Notes under the pieces: model-generated | What the model was told of the DNA's origin: nothing | Database searches by the model: none | Seen by the model: the letters and a program-made list of their open reading frames with translations, nothing else | Translations under genes and position numbers: made by a program | DNA from: an uncultured Candidatus Thioglobus sp. | Lineage (GTDB): Bacteria; Pseudomonadota; Gammaproteobacteria; PS1; Pseudothioglobaceae | NCBI GenBank assembly: GCA_905614365.1 | Contig: CAJQSO010000019.1 | Coordinates: 22,259 to 86,258 of the forward strand | DNA length: 64,000 bases | Direction of reading: 5' to 3' | In this document: positions 42,337-50,627 of the stretch, one piece after another | Layout: every line of letters begins with the position of its first letter | Position numbering within the stretch: position 1 is the first letter of the stretch

Positions 42337-43580
42337 AAAGCCTTATCAAAAAAACTACAAACATCAAGGGCGCTATTTACGCCATCCTCATGAAAGCCAT
42401 TTCCCCAATATGCTCCACAATAAAACGTGTTATTTACGCCACTTATTTGATTCTTTTCTTTTTGTGCTTTAACGCCCTTGACCGTGAAAAGAGGGTGATG
42501 ATAGACTAAAGTCTTAATTATTTTGCTTGTGTCAACCTCTCCATTACTATTAAGGGTTACTAAAAAATCAGTCTTAGACTCTAACGATTGCAAAATATTC
42601 ATGTTATAAGTTAGCGTAACGGGCTTGCTTTGATCGCCGCTCAAAAGATAATTCCAACTGGACCATGTTATTTTCTTTTTAGGCAAGATAGAAGAATCTG
42701 TGTGAAGTAGCGCAACATTTTTTTGATAAGGCAAAGATCCTAAAATTTTCATTTCTTCCTCGCTAGGGTCCTCTAATAATGCCAATGCTTGGTCACTGTG
42801 TGTTGCAAATATAACTTTATCAAACTGATGAGAAGCATCGTCTTTTCCATAAAAAACTTCAACGCTATCTTTACTTCTCACAACTTTTAAAACTGGGGTT
42901 GATAGTAAAATTTTATTTTTAAATCCTGCAGTTATTTTTGGTATATAGGCTTTTGAGCCGCCCTTAATTACGAACCATTGAGGACGATTAAATATTTGAA
43001 GTAGGCCATGATTTTTGAAAAATCTAATATAAAAAACTGCTGGCATTTCTGTTGTTTTTGCAGCTGCTGTAGACCATATAGCGGCACCCATTGGGATTAT
43101 ATAATTTTCAATAAAATTCTTACTAAATTTATGGGCCATCAAAAAATCATAAATTGTTGTTGACTCGCTGAGGATATTTAGCTTTGCCACTGAGATGCGA
43201 TTAAACCTTAATATGTCTTTAAGCATCAACAAAAAAGAGGGCCTAAAGATATTTAGGCGTTGCGCAAATAAGGAATTTAAAGAGCCTCCAGAATATTCAA
43301 GGTTTTTTTCTGGCGCCTTAACGCTAAAACCCATAGAGGTTTGTTGTGTATCAACTTTGAGTATTTGAAGAAGCTTTATAAAATTAGGATATGTGTTTTC
43401 GTTATAAACAATAAAGCCAGAATCAATCAGCCACTTCTTTTTATCTACCTCAATTTGATGGGTATGGGTGTGTCCACCAATGTAATCATTGGCCTCTAAG
43501 ATAGTAACATCATGTTCTTTGTGAAGAAGATATGCCGCTGTTAGGCCAGATATCCCACTTCCAATAATAGCAATTTTCAT
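42333..43580 (-). CDS. FAD-dependent oxidoreductase (UfaD-like desaturase)
   Basis: GSGISG, GGHTHT, DSGFIVYN, FFKNHGLL, WSSWNY, GAYWGNGFHEDG. Confidence 0.88.
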   Translation of the reverse strand: MKIAIIGSGISGLTAAYLLHKEHDVTILEANDYIGGHTHTHQIEVDKKKWLIDSGFIVYNENTYPNFIKLLQILKVDTQQTSMGFSVKAPEKNLEYSGGSLNSLFAQRLNIFRPSFLLMLKDILRFNRISVAKLNILSESTTIYDFLMAHKFSKNFIENYIIPMGAAIWSTAAAKTTEMPAVFYIRFFKNHGLLQIFNRPQWFVIKGGSKAYIPKITAGFKNKILLSTPVLKVVRSKDSVEVFYGKDDASHQFDKVIFATHSDQALALLEDPSEEEMKILGSLPYQKNVALLHTDSSILPKKKITWSSWNYLLSGDQSKPVTLTYNMNILQSLESKTDFLVTLNSNGEVDTSKIIKTLVYHHPLFTVKGVKAQKEKNQISGVNNTFYCGAYWGNGFHEDGVNSALDVCSFFDKAL

Positions 43581-43863
43581 ATCATTAAATCAAATATGTA
43601 TTATAGAGCCCCCCTTATTAGGCTAGATACATATCATAACCAACATTTGGTCATAAGTATTTTTAAAAGGCGTAATTATAAAGGGTGTTTTTTTGAGTTG
43701 TATGTTTTTTTAGTGAAGAGGGTTGTGGATGGCTTTATATAAAGGAATTAGGGAAAATAGGCTTTGCTTAATTCAAAAAAATATGGGATAATCGTCGCCT
43801 TTCAGCCAATATGAGCTGGAAGAAGGGCTAACTAGATGTTTATAAAGTTAGTATTTTAATGTA

Positions 43864-43940
43864 TCACACAGAGCCCCAATATTAGCCAGGGTGCCTTTTT
43901 AATAAGGTTGGTTGATAGGCAATGTGGAAGTCTTAACCCA
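43864..43940 (+). ncRNA. rpsB leader (t44 / S2 autoregulatory element)
   Basis: CACACA...GCCAGGGTGCC...GTGGAAGTCTTAACCC upstream of rpsB; upstream extended -10 TGGGATAAT followed by a GC-rich discriminator near 43784-43799. Confidence 0.7.
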
Positions 43941-43950
43941 GGAGAAAAAT

Positions 43951-44802
43951 ATGGCGAAAGCGTCAATGAAAAAAATGTTAGAGGCAGGTGTTCATTTTGG
44001 TCACAGGTCTCGTTTTTGGCATCCAAAAATGGAGCCTTTTATCTACGGAACACGAAATGGTGTTCACATAATTAACCTAGAAAAAACCCTACCACAATTC
44101 AACGATGTGCTCAACTTTGCAAGCAAAACTGCTGCTGCTGGTGGGTCAATCCTTTTTGTTGGTACGAAGAGAGCGGCAAGCAACATTATTAAAGAAGAGG
44201 CAATTCGATGTGGAATGCCTTATGTCAACCATCGCTGGCTAGGCGGCATGATGACAAATTATAAAACTATTAAAGCTTCTATTAAACGCCTTAAGGATCT
44301 TGAATTTCTTGCAGAAGAAAACTTTTCCCAATTTACAAAAAAAGAAGCACTCATTATGACTAGAGAGCAAGAAAAGCTTGAACGAAGTCTTGGTGGAATT
44401 AAAGACTTAGGAAGCATTCCTGATGTTATTTTTGTAGTTGATATTGGTCATGAAAAAAATGCAGTTCGTGAAGCTCACACTTTACAACTTCCAATTATTG
44501 GTGTTGTTGACACAAACCACAGCCCGGAAGGAATTGATTATGTTATAGCAGGAAATGATGATTCAATAAGAGCCATTGGTTATTATGCTAGAGAAATTGC
44601 TAATGCGATATTAGAGGCTAAAGCTTCAATCGTAGAAACCAAAGCTGCAGTTAAGAAATCTGCGCCTGCTGCTAAAACTGAAGCTGTTGCTGAAGATAAG
44701 AAGCCTGCTGCTAAAACTGAAGCTGTTGCTGAAGAAAAGAAGCCTGCTGCTAAGAAGCCTGCTGCAAAGAAGCCTGCTGCTAAGAAGGCAGACACTGAAT
44801 AA
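43951..44802 (+). CDS. rpsB: 30S ribosomal protein uS2 with K/A/P-rich tail
   Basis: GGAGA RBS then ATG at 43951; [32 protein letters not shown]. Confidence 0.98.
   Translation: MAKASMKKMLEAGVHFGHRSRFWHPKMEPFIYGTRNGVHIINLEKTLPQFNDVLNFASKTAAAGGSILFVGTKRAASNIIKEEAIRCGMPYVNHRWLGGMMTNYKTIKASIKRLKDLEFLAEENFSQFTKKEALIMTREQEKLERSLGGIKDLGSIPDVIFVVDIGHEKNAVREAHTLQLPIIGVVDTNHSPEGIDYVIAGNDDSIRAIGYYAREIANAILEAKASIVETKAAVKKSAPAAKTEAVAEDKKPAAKTEAVAEEKKPAAKKPAAKKPAAKKADTE
44665..44787 (+). repeat. Coding tandem repeats in the rpsB 3' end
   Basis: Two 39-bp units (44665-44703, 44704-44742; 1 mismatch) then three 15-bp CCTGCTGC(T/A)AAGAAG units. Confidence 0.92.
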
Positions 44803-44835
44803 ATAGCTATACAGAGTATATATAGGAGACAAATT

Positions 44836-45714
44836 ATGGCAATTACAGCCGCTTTAGTTAAAGAACTAAGAGAAAGAACTGGTGCAGGCATGATGGACTG
44901 CAAAAAAGCATTAGTTGAGACCAATGCAGATTTGGAGGCGGCAATTGATTTAATGCGCGCATCTGGAGCAGCAAAAGCTGCGAAAAAAGCTGGTCGCGTA
45001 GCCTCTGAAGGGCTTGTAAATGTTACTATTAGTGAAGATAAAATGCATGCTGCAATTCTTGAGGTTAATTCTGAAACAGACTTTGTAACTAAGGGTTCAG
45101 CCTTTATTGACTTTGTTGATACTTTAGGCGCTCTAGCATTAAGAAACAAACCAGAATCTATTGAAGTCTTTTCAAAGCAAAAACTAGACTCAGGTGTTAC
45201 TGTTGACCAGGCGAGAGAAGAAATAATTGCTAAAATTGGTGAAAATGTTTCAGTTAGAAGAGTTCAAATTGTCAGCACTGAAAATGGCGTTTTAGGCGCA
45301 TACAAGCATGGTGAGAGAATTGCTGTTCTTACAGTGTTATCATCAAATGATGCAGAGCTTGCAAAAGATGTTGCTATGCATATTGCAGCCTCGAAGCCAG
45401 AATGTGTAAGTGAAGACCAACTCTCAGCGGAACTTCTTGAAAGAGAAAAAGCAATTTTTATTGAGCAAGCAAAAGAAAGTGGCAAGCCTGACAATATTAT
45501 TGAAAAAATGATCGTTGGCAGAATGAAAAAATTTGTCAACGAAGTTACTCTTTATGGTCAGTCTTTTGTTAAAGATCCAGATACAACAGTTGGTGCTTTA
45601 GTGAAATCTAAAAATTCAGAGGTTGAGTCTTTTATTCGATATGAGGTTGGTGAAGGCATAGAGAAAAAAGAAGATAATTTTGTTGAAGAGGTTATGGCCC
45701 AAGCTCAGAGTTAA
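44836..45714 (+). CDS. tsf: Elongation factor Ts
   Basis: VKELRERTGAGMMDCKKAL, EVNSETDFV, YEVGEGIEK. Confidence 0.98.
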   Translation: MAITAALVKELRERTGAGMMDCKKALVETNADLEAAIDLMRASGAAKAAKKAGRVASEGLVNVTISEDKMHAAILEVNSETDFVTKGSAFIDFVDTLGALALRNKPESIEVFSKQKLDSGVTVDQAREEIIAKIGENVSVRRVQIVSTENGVLGAYKHGERIAVLTVLSSNDAELAKDVAMHIAASKPECVSEDQLSAELLEREKAIFIEQAKESGKPDNIIEKMIVGRMKKFVNEVTLYGQSFVKDPDTTVGALVKSKNSEVESFIRYEVGEGIEKKEDNFVEEVMAQAQS

Positions 45715-45728
45715 AACTAAAACTCTTC

Positions 45729-45758
45729 AAAAAAAAGGCGCCTTAGGCGCCTTTTTTT
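45729..45758. terminator. Bidirectional rho-independent terminator
   Basis: A8-GGCGCC-TTA-GGCGCC-T7 between convergent tsf and the RND/MMPL gene. Confidence 0.92.
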
Positions 45759-45778
45759 ATAATTAAAATTTACATTAC

Positions 45779-48232
45779 TTACATACTGGTCTTGTCCTTA
45801 ATAATTAACTTCATTATTGCAGGCATCAAGAAAAAGTCTGCCAACACAGCGACTAAAATTGCACTGGCTGTTAAAACACCAAAGTCAAACATATTATTCA
45901 TTTGTGAAAAGGTCAGCACAAGGAAACCAAGAGCAAGAACTATAGACGTTAATGTAATAGCTCTTCCAGTGCCAAGCAATGTAAGCCTTACGGCCTTATC
46001 AACATCATTATATTTAAGCTCGTACCTTCTAAAGTTGTGCATAAAGTGAACGGTATCGTCAACAGCAAGTCCAAGTGCTATTGCACCAATTAATAAAGTG
46101 AACATATCAAGAGGCATTTTAAAAACAACCATAATTGTTGAAAGAAAAATTATAGGCAAAATATTTGGAATCATACTAATTAGACCAATTTTTAAGTTGC
46201 CTATTAATAGCACCATAAGAATGGTGATTAATGAAAATGCAAGCACATAACTAAACGCACTACTATAAATCGCCTCTTCAAAAGTTACGGTCATCAAAGT
46301 TCCAATTCCTGTGAAAGTAACTTTAGCAAGAGAGCCAAACTTTTGGTCTAGATAGACTTGTGCACTATCGATAAAAATATTAGCCTCAAGAGAGTCAGTA
46401 AAAGGAGTTTTTAAGGTTAGTCGAGCTTTGGAGTAATTTGCATCTACAAGGCTAGAAAGATCATCATTACCACTGCTTTCAAAAAGTAAAAATTCCTGAG
46501 CAATTAAATCAGGATCGTCAGGAATAGCATAATACTCTTCACGATTTTCATTAAGCGCTCTATTTGTTTCCTTAATAACGTCAATATAACTAATAACCTT
46601 TCCAACAAACATGTTTCCTGTTGAGATGGAATTTATATTTTGGGAGACGTCATCAATTACCCTTAAAAGCTCTGGGTTATAAAGGCCGTTTGTTTCTCCA
46701 GTATCAATAATGACCTCAAGCGTTAGGGAGCCCTTAAGATTTTCATCAACCGCCTCAGTTGCAATGCGGGCAAAGTTATCTTCTGGAAGCCATTGAAGTG
46801 GAAAGTGTGAAAACCTTAGTTGTGAGGCAACTATAGCTGCGCAAATTATTAATACAGCGCTTACCGACACTATTAGTTTTGGGCGTCCAGTTGCAAAAAC
46901 ACTTATACCAATCAGAGATCTATCCATTAGGGTTTGACCTTCTTTGTCAGCATTAGTCTTAAGCGTTTTAACTCTAGTAATAGATATTAATGCCGGCAGG
47001 AAGATGAGGGTAAAAACCAAACCAATCATTACACCACTACTGGCAAAAATACCAAGGTCAGCTACCGGCGCAACTCCAGAAAAAGAGAAGGACCACAAGC
47101 CAACAGCTGTAGTAATAGAAGTCATTATAATTGCAAGTCCAGAGTGGCCCATTGCATACCTCAGAGACACTTTTTTATCGTTTGTTTTTGAAAAGTCTTT
47201 ATAGAAAACAGCCAATAAATGTATGGAAGCACTAGTCACCACTGCCAGCAAAAAGGTTGGCATAATTTGGGTAGCCATTGTAAAGGGAGCTGAAAATACT
47301 GACATTAATGAGACGGTTGTTATAAGCGTCAGAGACACGCAGGCTAATGGCAATATAACGCCTGAAATACGCCTAAATAGAGCAAACAAAACAATCATAA
47401 TAACAATCATCATTAAGCTAATAAAGATAACTGAATCGTTCATTAAGGCTTGCTTGAAAATTCCCGCAATTGCCGCTGAGCCTGACAAGTATATTTCAAA
47501 ATTATCATCATCAAAACGCTGCATGATGCTCTGTGTTTTTGAAATTATTTCGTCGTTCTCAACATCAGTTAAATAAACCCTCTGTCCGCCTAAACTATCA
47601 TCATCAAACTCTAGGCCATCATCAAACTCTAGGCCATCATCAAACTCTAGGCCATCATCAAACGCAAATTTTTCTGCCTCATTTAATATCCCATTATTGG
47701 AGTATGTTTCTGTGTCTATCGTAACAGTAGTCATAGTATAGTCCTCACTGTAAAGTGAGTTTTCATAGAGACTATTGTTGATAACTATTTCTTTTAGTTT
47801 AAGTAATTCCGCCTTAGTTTCAGGAAGGCTGTCGATTAAAGGCTCAACAATTAACTCACCCTCAATTCCATAAGTATTTCTAGCATTTATTAGGGAGTCA
47901 ACGCCCTTAATATTTGGAAGTTCGCTCTCTAGAGCAGCATGAAAACTATCAAGCTTCTTTAAGAAGCTTAAGTCAAAAATGTTTTCAGTTTTTACTGCGA
48001 TCATTAACTTTTCATCTCTACCAAACTGATCTCTAAATATGTCGTACTCAACACGCATTGGGTCTGTTTTATGTAAAAACCCTTCGGTAGTAGTGTCAAT
48101 CTTTAAGGATGGTAGTTGTGAGCCAAGAGCGGCCACAAAAAGAAAAATAACTAGTATTGTTTTCTTTGCGTTTTCAAAAAGCCAATCAGAAAATACCTCT
48201 ATTTTTGCTTCAGTTTTTGTTCGCCAATTCAT
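45779..48232 (-). CDS. MMPL/RND superfamily transporter
   Basis: Two repeats of 1 TM + large loop + 5 TM; SMIPNILP, ALGLAVDDTVHF, GRAITLTS. Confidence 0.88.
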   Translation of the reverse strand: MNWRTKTEAKIEVFSDWLFENAKKTILVIFLFVAALGSQLPSLKIDTTTEGFLHKTDPMRVEYDIFRDQFGRDEKLMIAVKTENIFDLSFLKKLDSFHAALESELPNIKGVDSLINARNTYGIEGELIVEPLIDSLPETKAELLKLKEIVINNSLYENSLYSEDYTMTTVTIDTETYSNNGILNEAEKFAFDDGLEFDDGLEFDDGLEFDDDSLGGQRVYLTDVENDEIISKTQSIMQRFDDDNFEIYLSGSAAIAGIFKQALMNDSVIFISLMMIVIMIVLFALFRRISGVILPLACVSLTLITTVSLMSVFSAPFTMATQIMPTFLLAVVTSASIHLLAVFYKDFSKTNDKKVSLRYAMGHSGLAIIMTSITTAVGLWSFSFSGVAPVADLGIFASSGVMIGLVFTLIFLPALISITRVKTLKTNADKEGQTLMDRSLIGISVFATGRPKLIVSVSAVLIICAAIVASQLRFSHFPLQWLPEDNFARIATEAVDENLKGSLTLEVIIDTGETNGLYNPELLRVIDDVSQNINSISTGNMFVGKVISYIDVIKETNRALNENREEYYAIPDDPDLIAQEFLLFESSGNDDLSSLVDANYSKARLTLKTPFTDSLEANIFIDSAQVYLDQKFGSLAKVTFTGIGTLMTVTFEEAIYSSAFSYVLAFSLITILMVLLIGNLKIGLISMIPNILPIIFLSTIMVVFKMPLDMFTLLIGAIALGLAVDDTVHFMHNFRRYELKYNDVDKAVRLTLLGTGRAITLTSIVLALGFLVLTFSQMNNMFDFGVLTASAILVAVLADFFLMPAIMKLIIKDKTSM
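47599..47663. repeat. 18-bp coding VNTR (about 3.6 copies)
   Basis: CATCATCAAACTCTAGGC three times plus a partial copy; encodes (DDGLEF)n. Confidence 0.95.
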
Positions 48233-48367
48233 TTTATTTTAAAGTTAGTTACAATATTGTATATATAGGGGCTTCATACGAAACTTAAAGCCTGCATATT
48301 ATATGTTAGACATTAAAGGGTAAAGTTGGAATTCTAAAGATAGAGACTCGAGAGTTAGAGAGCTTTT

Positions 48368-49279
48368 TTATAGCGGCTCTATGATAGCTTTTGGTTTGCT
48401 TTCTTGGTCTTGATTATTTTTCATTGCTCGCCAAGAGACATAAAGGCCACTAAGAATAATGATAATTAATCCAAGAATCGCTTGAATATTTGGCACAAAA
48501 CCAAAAATGAAATAGCTCAAAATAATAGCAACTACGATCTCAAAATAATTAAAGGGGCTTAGCTCTGAGGCGCTCGCAAATTCAAATGCTTTAATAATCA
48601 TAAAGTGGGAAGTTGCAGCAAAAAAACCCATTGCTGCCCCCATTAGAACGCCCTTTAAATCTGGAGTTGTCCAATAAGGCACAACAATTAACGACATAAT
48701 AACTATTCCAACGATTGCAGAATAAAATAAAGTCAAAACTGGTGGAGCACGAAAAGATAATTTTTTGGTTATGATAATGTAAAGGGCATAGCAAAACCCC
48801 GCAACTAGGGCAAACAATAAAGTCGGATCAAACTGCTCGCTATCTGGCTGAAGAACTACTATAACCCCTATAAATCCTATTAGAACCCCAACCCCAATAA
48901 ATATATCAAAGCGCTCTCCTAGAATAAAAGGTGAGAGAACTGCAACAATAAGAGGAGAGATAAATAAAAGCGTAAGCGCTTCAGGGATATCGTTGGTTAC
49001 AATGGCTGCAAAAAAGAATAGCGTTGCTAGCGTAAGCATCAAGCCCCGTAAAAACTGTAAGCCGGGCTTTTTAGGGATTGAAAATAACTTAACCTTTTGC
49101 CACATAATAATTGGCAACAACCAAACAGCATGGAAAAAAAACCGAGTCCATGTAACTTGTGTTACGTGATAGCCTTCTTGGCTCAAAAGCTTAGCAAAAA
49201 TATCTAAAAAAGGAACAATAGTCATCCCTAAAAGCATTAAGCCTATACCTTTAAGTATTTTTATATTCGTAATTTTCAT
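48368..49279 (-). CDS. DMT/EamA family permease
   Basis: About ten TM helices; FISPL, LGER, ASELSPFNY. Confidence 0.87.
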   Translation of the reverse strand: MKITNIKILKGIGLMLLGMTIVPFLDIFAKLLSQEGYHVTQVTWTRFFFHAVWLLPIIMWQKVKLFSIPKKPGLQFLRGLMLTLATLFFFAAIVTNDIPEALTLLFISPLIVAVLSPFILGERFDIFIGVGVLIGFIGVIVVLQPDSEQFDPTLLFALVAGFCYALYIIITKKLSFRAPPVLTLFYSAIVGIVIMSLIVVPYWTTPDLKGVLMGAAMGFFAATSHFMIIKAFEFASASELSPFNYFEIVVAIILSYFIFGFVPNIQAILGLIIIILSGLYVSWRAMKNNQDQESKPKAIIEPL

Positions 49280-49365
49280 TAACTCTAAATTATGAAAGAA
49301 TGCTGATTGTACATAACAACCCTAAGAAACTGTATGAATAAAGCTTGAGTTAAAACAACTGCGTT

Positions 49366-49450
49366 TGGTGCCGTCGGACGGAGTCGAACCGTCACAGCTT
49401 GCGCTACAGCCCCCTCAAGGCTGCGTGTCTACCAATTTCACCACGACGGC
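49366..49450 (-). tRNA. leuU: tRNA-Leu (anticodon GAG)
   Basis: GCCGTCGTGGTGAAATTGGTAGACACGCAGCC-TTGAGGG-GGCTG...GGTTCGACTCC...GACGGCACCA; long variable arm, encoded CCA, downstream of secG. Confidence 0.97.
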
Positions 49451-49455
49451 TTTAA

Positions 49456-49785
49456 TTAATTGCTGGGAATTTCGCTTGTGTCTGAATCAAGCCCGTCATC
49501 AGTCATAGTTGTCTGTGACATAATGCTTTGGTCTGTTTCTGTAGCTGACCTTTCATTTGAAGCGAAGTACGCCAGACTTATACTTGTTACAAAAAAACCA
49601 ATAGCCATGACTGCGGTTAATTTATATAAAAATGAATGCGCGCCTCGAGCTCCAAAAACTGAGCCTGCTGCTCCAGAACCAAATGCAGCGCCGGCATCTG
49701 CTCCCTTTCCATGTTGTATTAATATTAGCCCAACTAGCCCAAGAGCCAACAACACATGAATTACTAAAATTATTTGAAATGTCAT
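49456..49785 (-). CDS. secG: Preprotein translocase subunit SecG
   Basis: Start at ATG 49785 (MTFQIILV); LIQHGKGADAGAAFGSG. Confidence 0.96.
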   Translation of the reverse strand: MTFQIILVIHVLLALGLVGLILIQHGKGADAGAAFGSGAAGSVFGARGAHSFLYKLTAVMAIGFFVTSISLAYFASNERSATETDQSIMSQTTMTDDGLDSDTSEIPSN

Positions 49786-49786
49786 A

Positions 49787-50533
49787 TTAACCTGCCTTAC
49801 ATATTTGTAAAAAATCTTCTGCTTTAAGTGCAGCTCCGCCAATTAGCCCACCATCAATGTCTGGGCAAGAAATTAACTCCACAGCATTGCCTGCATTCAT
49901 ACTTCCACCGTATAGTATAGGTGTTTTTTGAGCAATATTTTCACTACTCTCGCCTAAAAGGTTTCGTATGAATAGATGAACTGCTTGCGCTTGTTCTGGT
50001 GTTGCTGTCATGCCAGTTCCTATTGCCCATACTGGCTCATAAGCAACAATAATATTATGAAAGGAATCAATACCAAGCAGCTCTATGACAGCGTTAATTT
50101 GCTCCTCAACTACTGCCTCAGTTTTTCCAGACTTCCTATGCTCCAGAGACTCTCCAACACACAAAAGAGGGGTCATTCCAGCATCTAGTGCGGCCTTCGT
50201 TTTTTTGGCAACGACTGAGCTTGTTTCGCCGTATAAGCTTCGCCTTTCCGAGTGCCCAACAATAACGTGCTTTGCACCAAAATCCTTTATCATATCGGCG
50301 CTAATTTCACCAGTAAATGCACCCGATGCGTTTATATTAATGTTCTGGGCGCCAAGTTTTAAATTACTGCCTTCGATCAAAAGCTCAACTTGTGACAAAT
50401 ATGGAAAAGGAACACAAACTAAAACCTCTGAATTAACGCCTTCCATTCCAGACAATATTCCACCAATTAGCCTCTTAACTGAGTCTTTACTGGCGTTCAT
50501 TTTCCAGTTTCCAGCAATAATCGTTTTGCGCAT
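49787..50533 (-). CDS. tpiA: Triosephosphate isomerase
   Basis: AGNWKMN, GHSERR, AYEPVWAIGTG, YGGS. Confidence 0.98.
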   Translation of the reverse strand: MRKTIIAGNWKMNASKDSVKRLIGGILSGMEGVNSEVLVCVPFPYLSQVELLIEGSNLKLGAQNININASGAFTGEISADMIKDFGAKHVIVGHSERRSLYGETSSVVAKKTKAALDAGMTPLLCVGESLEHRKSGKTEAVVEEQINAVIELLGIDSFHNIIVAYEPVWAIGTGMTATPEQAQAVHLFIRNLLGESSENIAQKTPILYGGSMNAGNAVELISCPDIDGGLIGGAALKAEDFLQICKAG

Positions 50534-50627
50534 ACTTTATTAGCCGATACAAAAAGAGGGCAATGTTACTCTAAAACACGCACAAAATCAATTGCAAAGT
50601 AGGCCTTAGCCCACTCCAGTGTAGTCT

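Noticed and set aside
43626-43653. TGACCA-N16-TGTATC (minus strand) as an RpoE-ChrR promoter for the ufa-like operon
   Set aside because: Both elements deviate from TGATCC/CGTA, a TATAAT lies closer to the start, and no rpoE-chrR is in the window
44583-45149. 188-aa antisense ORF, and similar shadow ORFs such as 31807-32376, 50085-50543, 12242-12592, 47223-47576 and 57490-57813
   Set aside because: They overlap well-supported genes on the opposite strand and show no family motifs; codon bias of the real genes explains them
47599-47663. Short direct repeats as a CRISPR array (also 24903-25046 and 44665-44787)
   Set aside because: They are head-to-tail, in-frame coding repeats with no spacers, and no cas genes are present
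49366-49450. tRNA-Leu as the integration site for the downstream DMT and MMPL genes
   Set aside because: No duplicated tRNA 3' end and no integrase were seen
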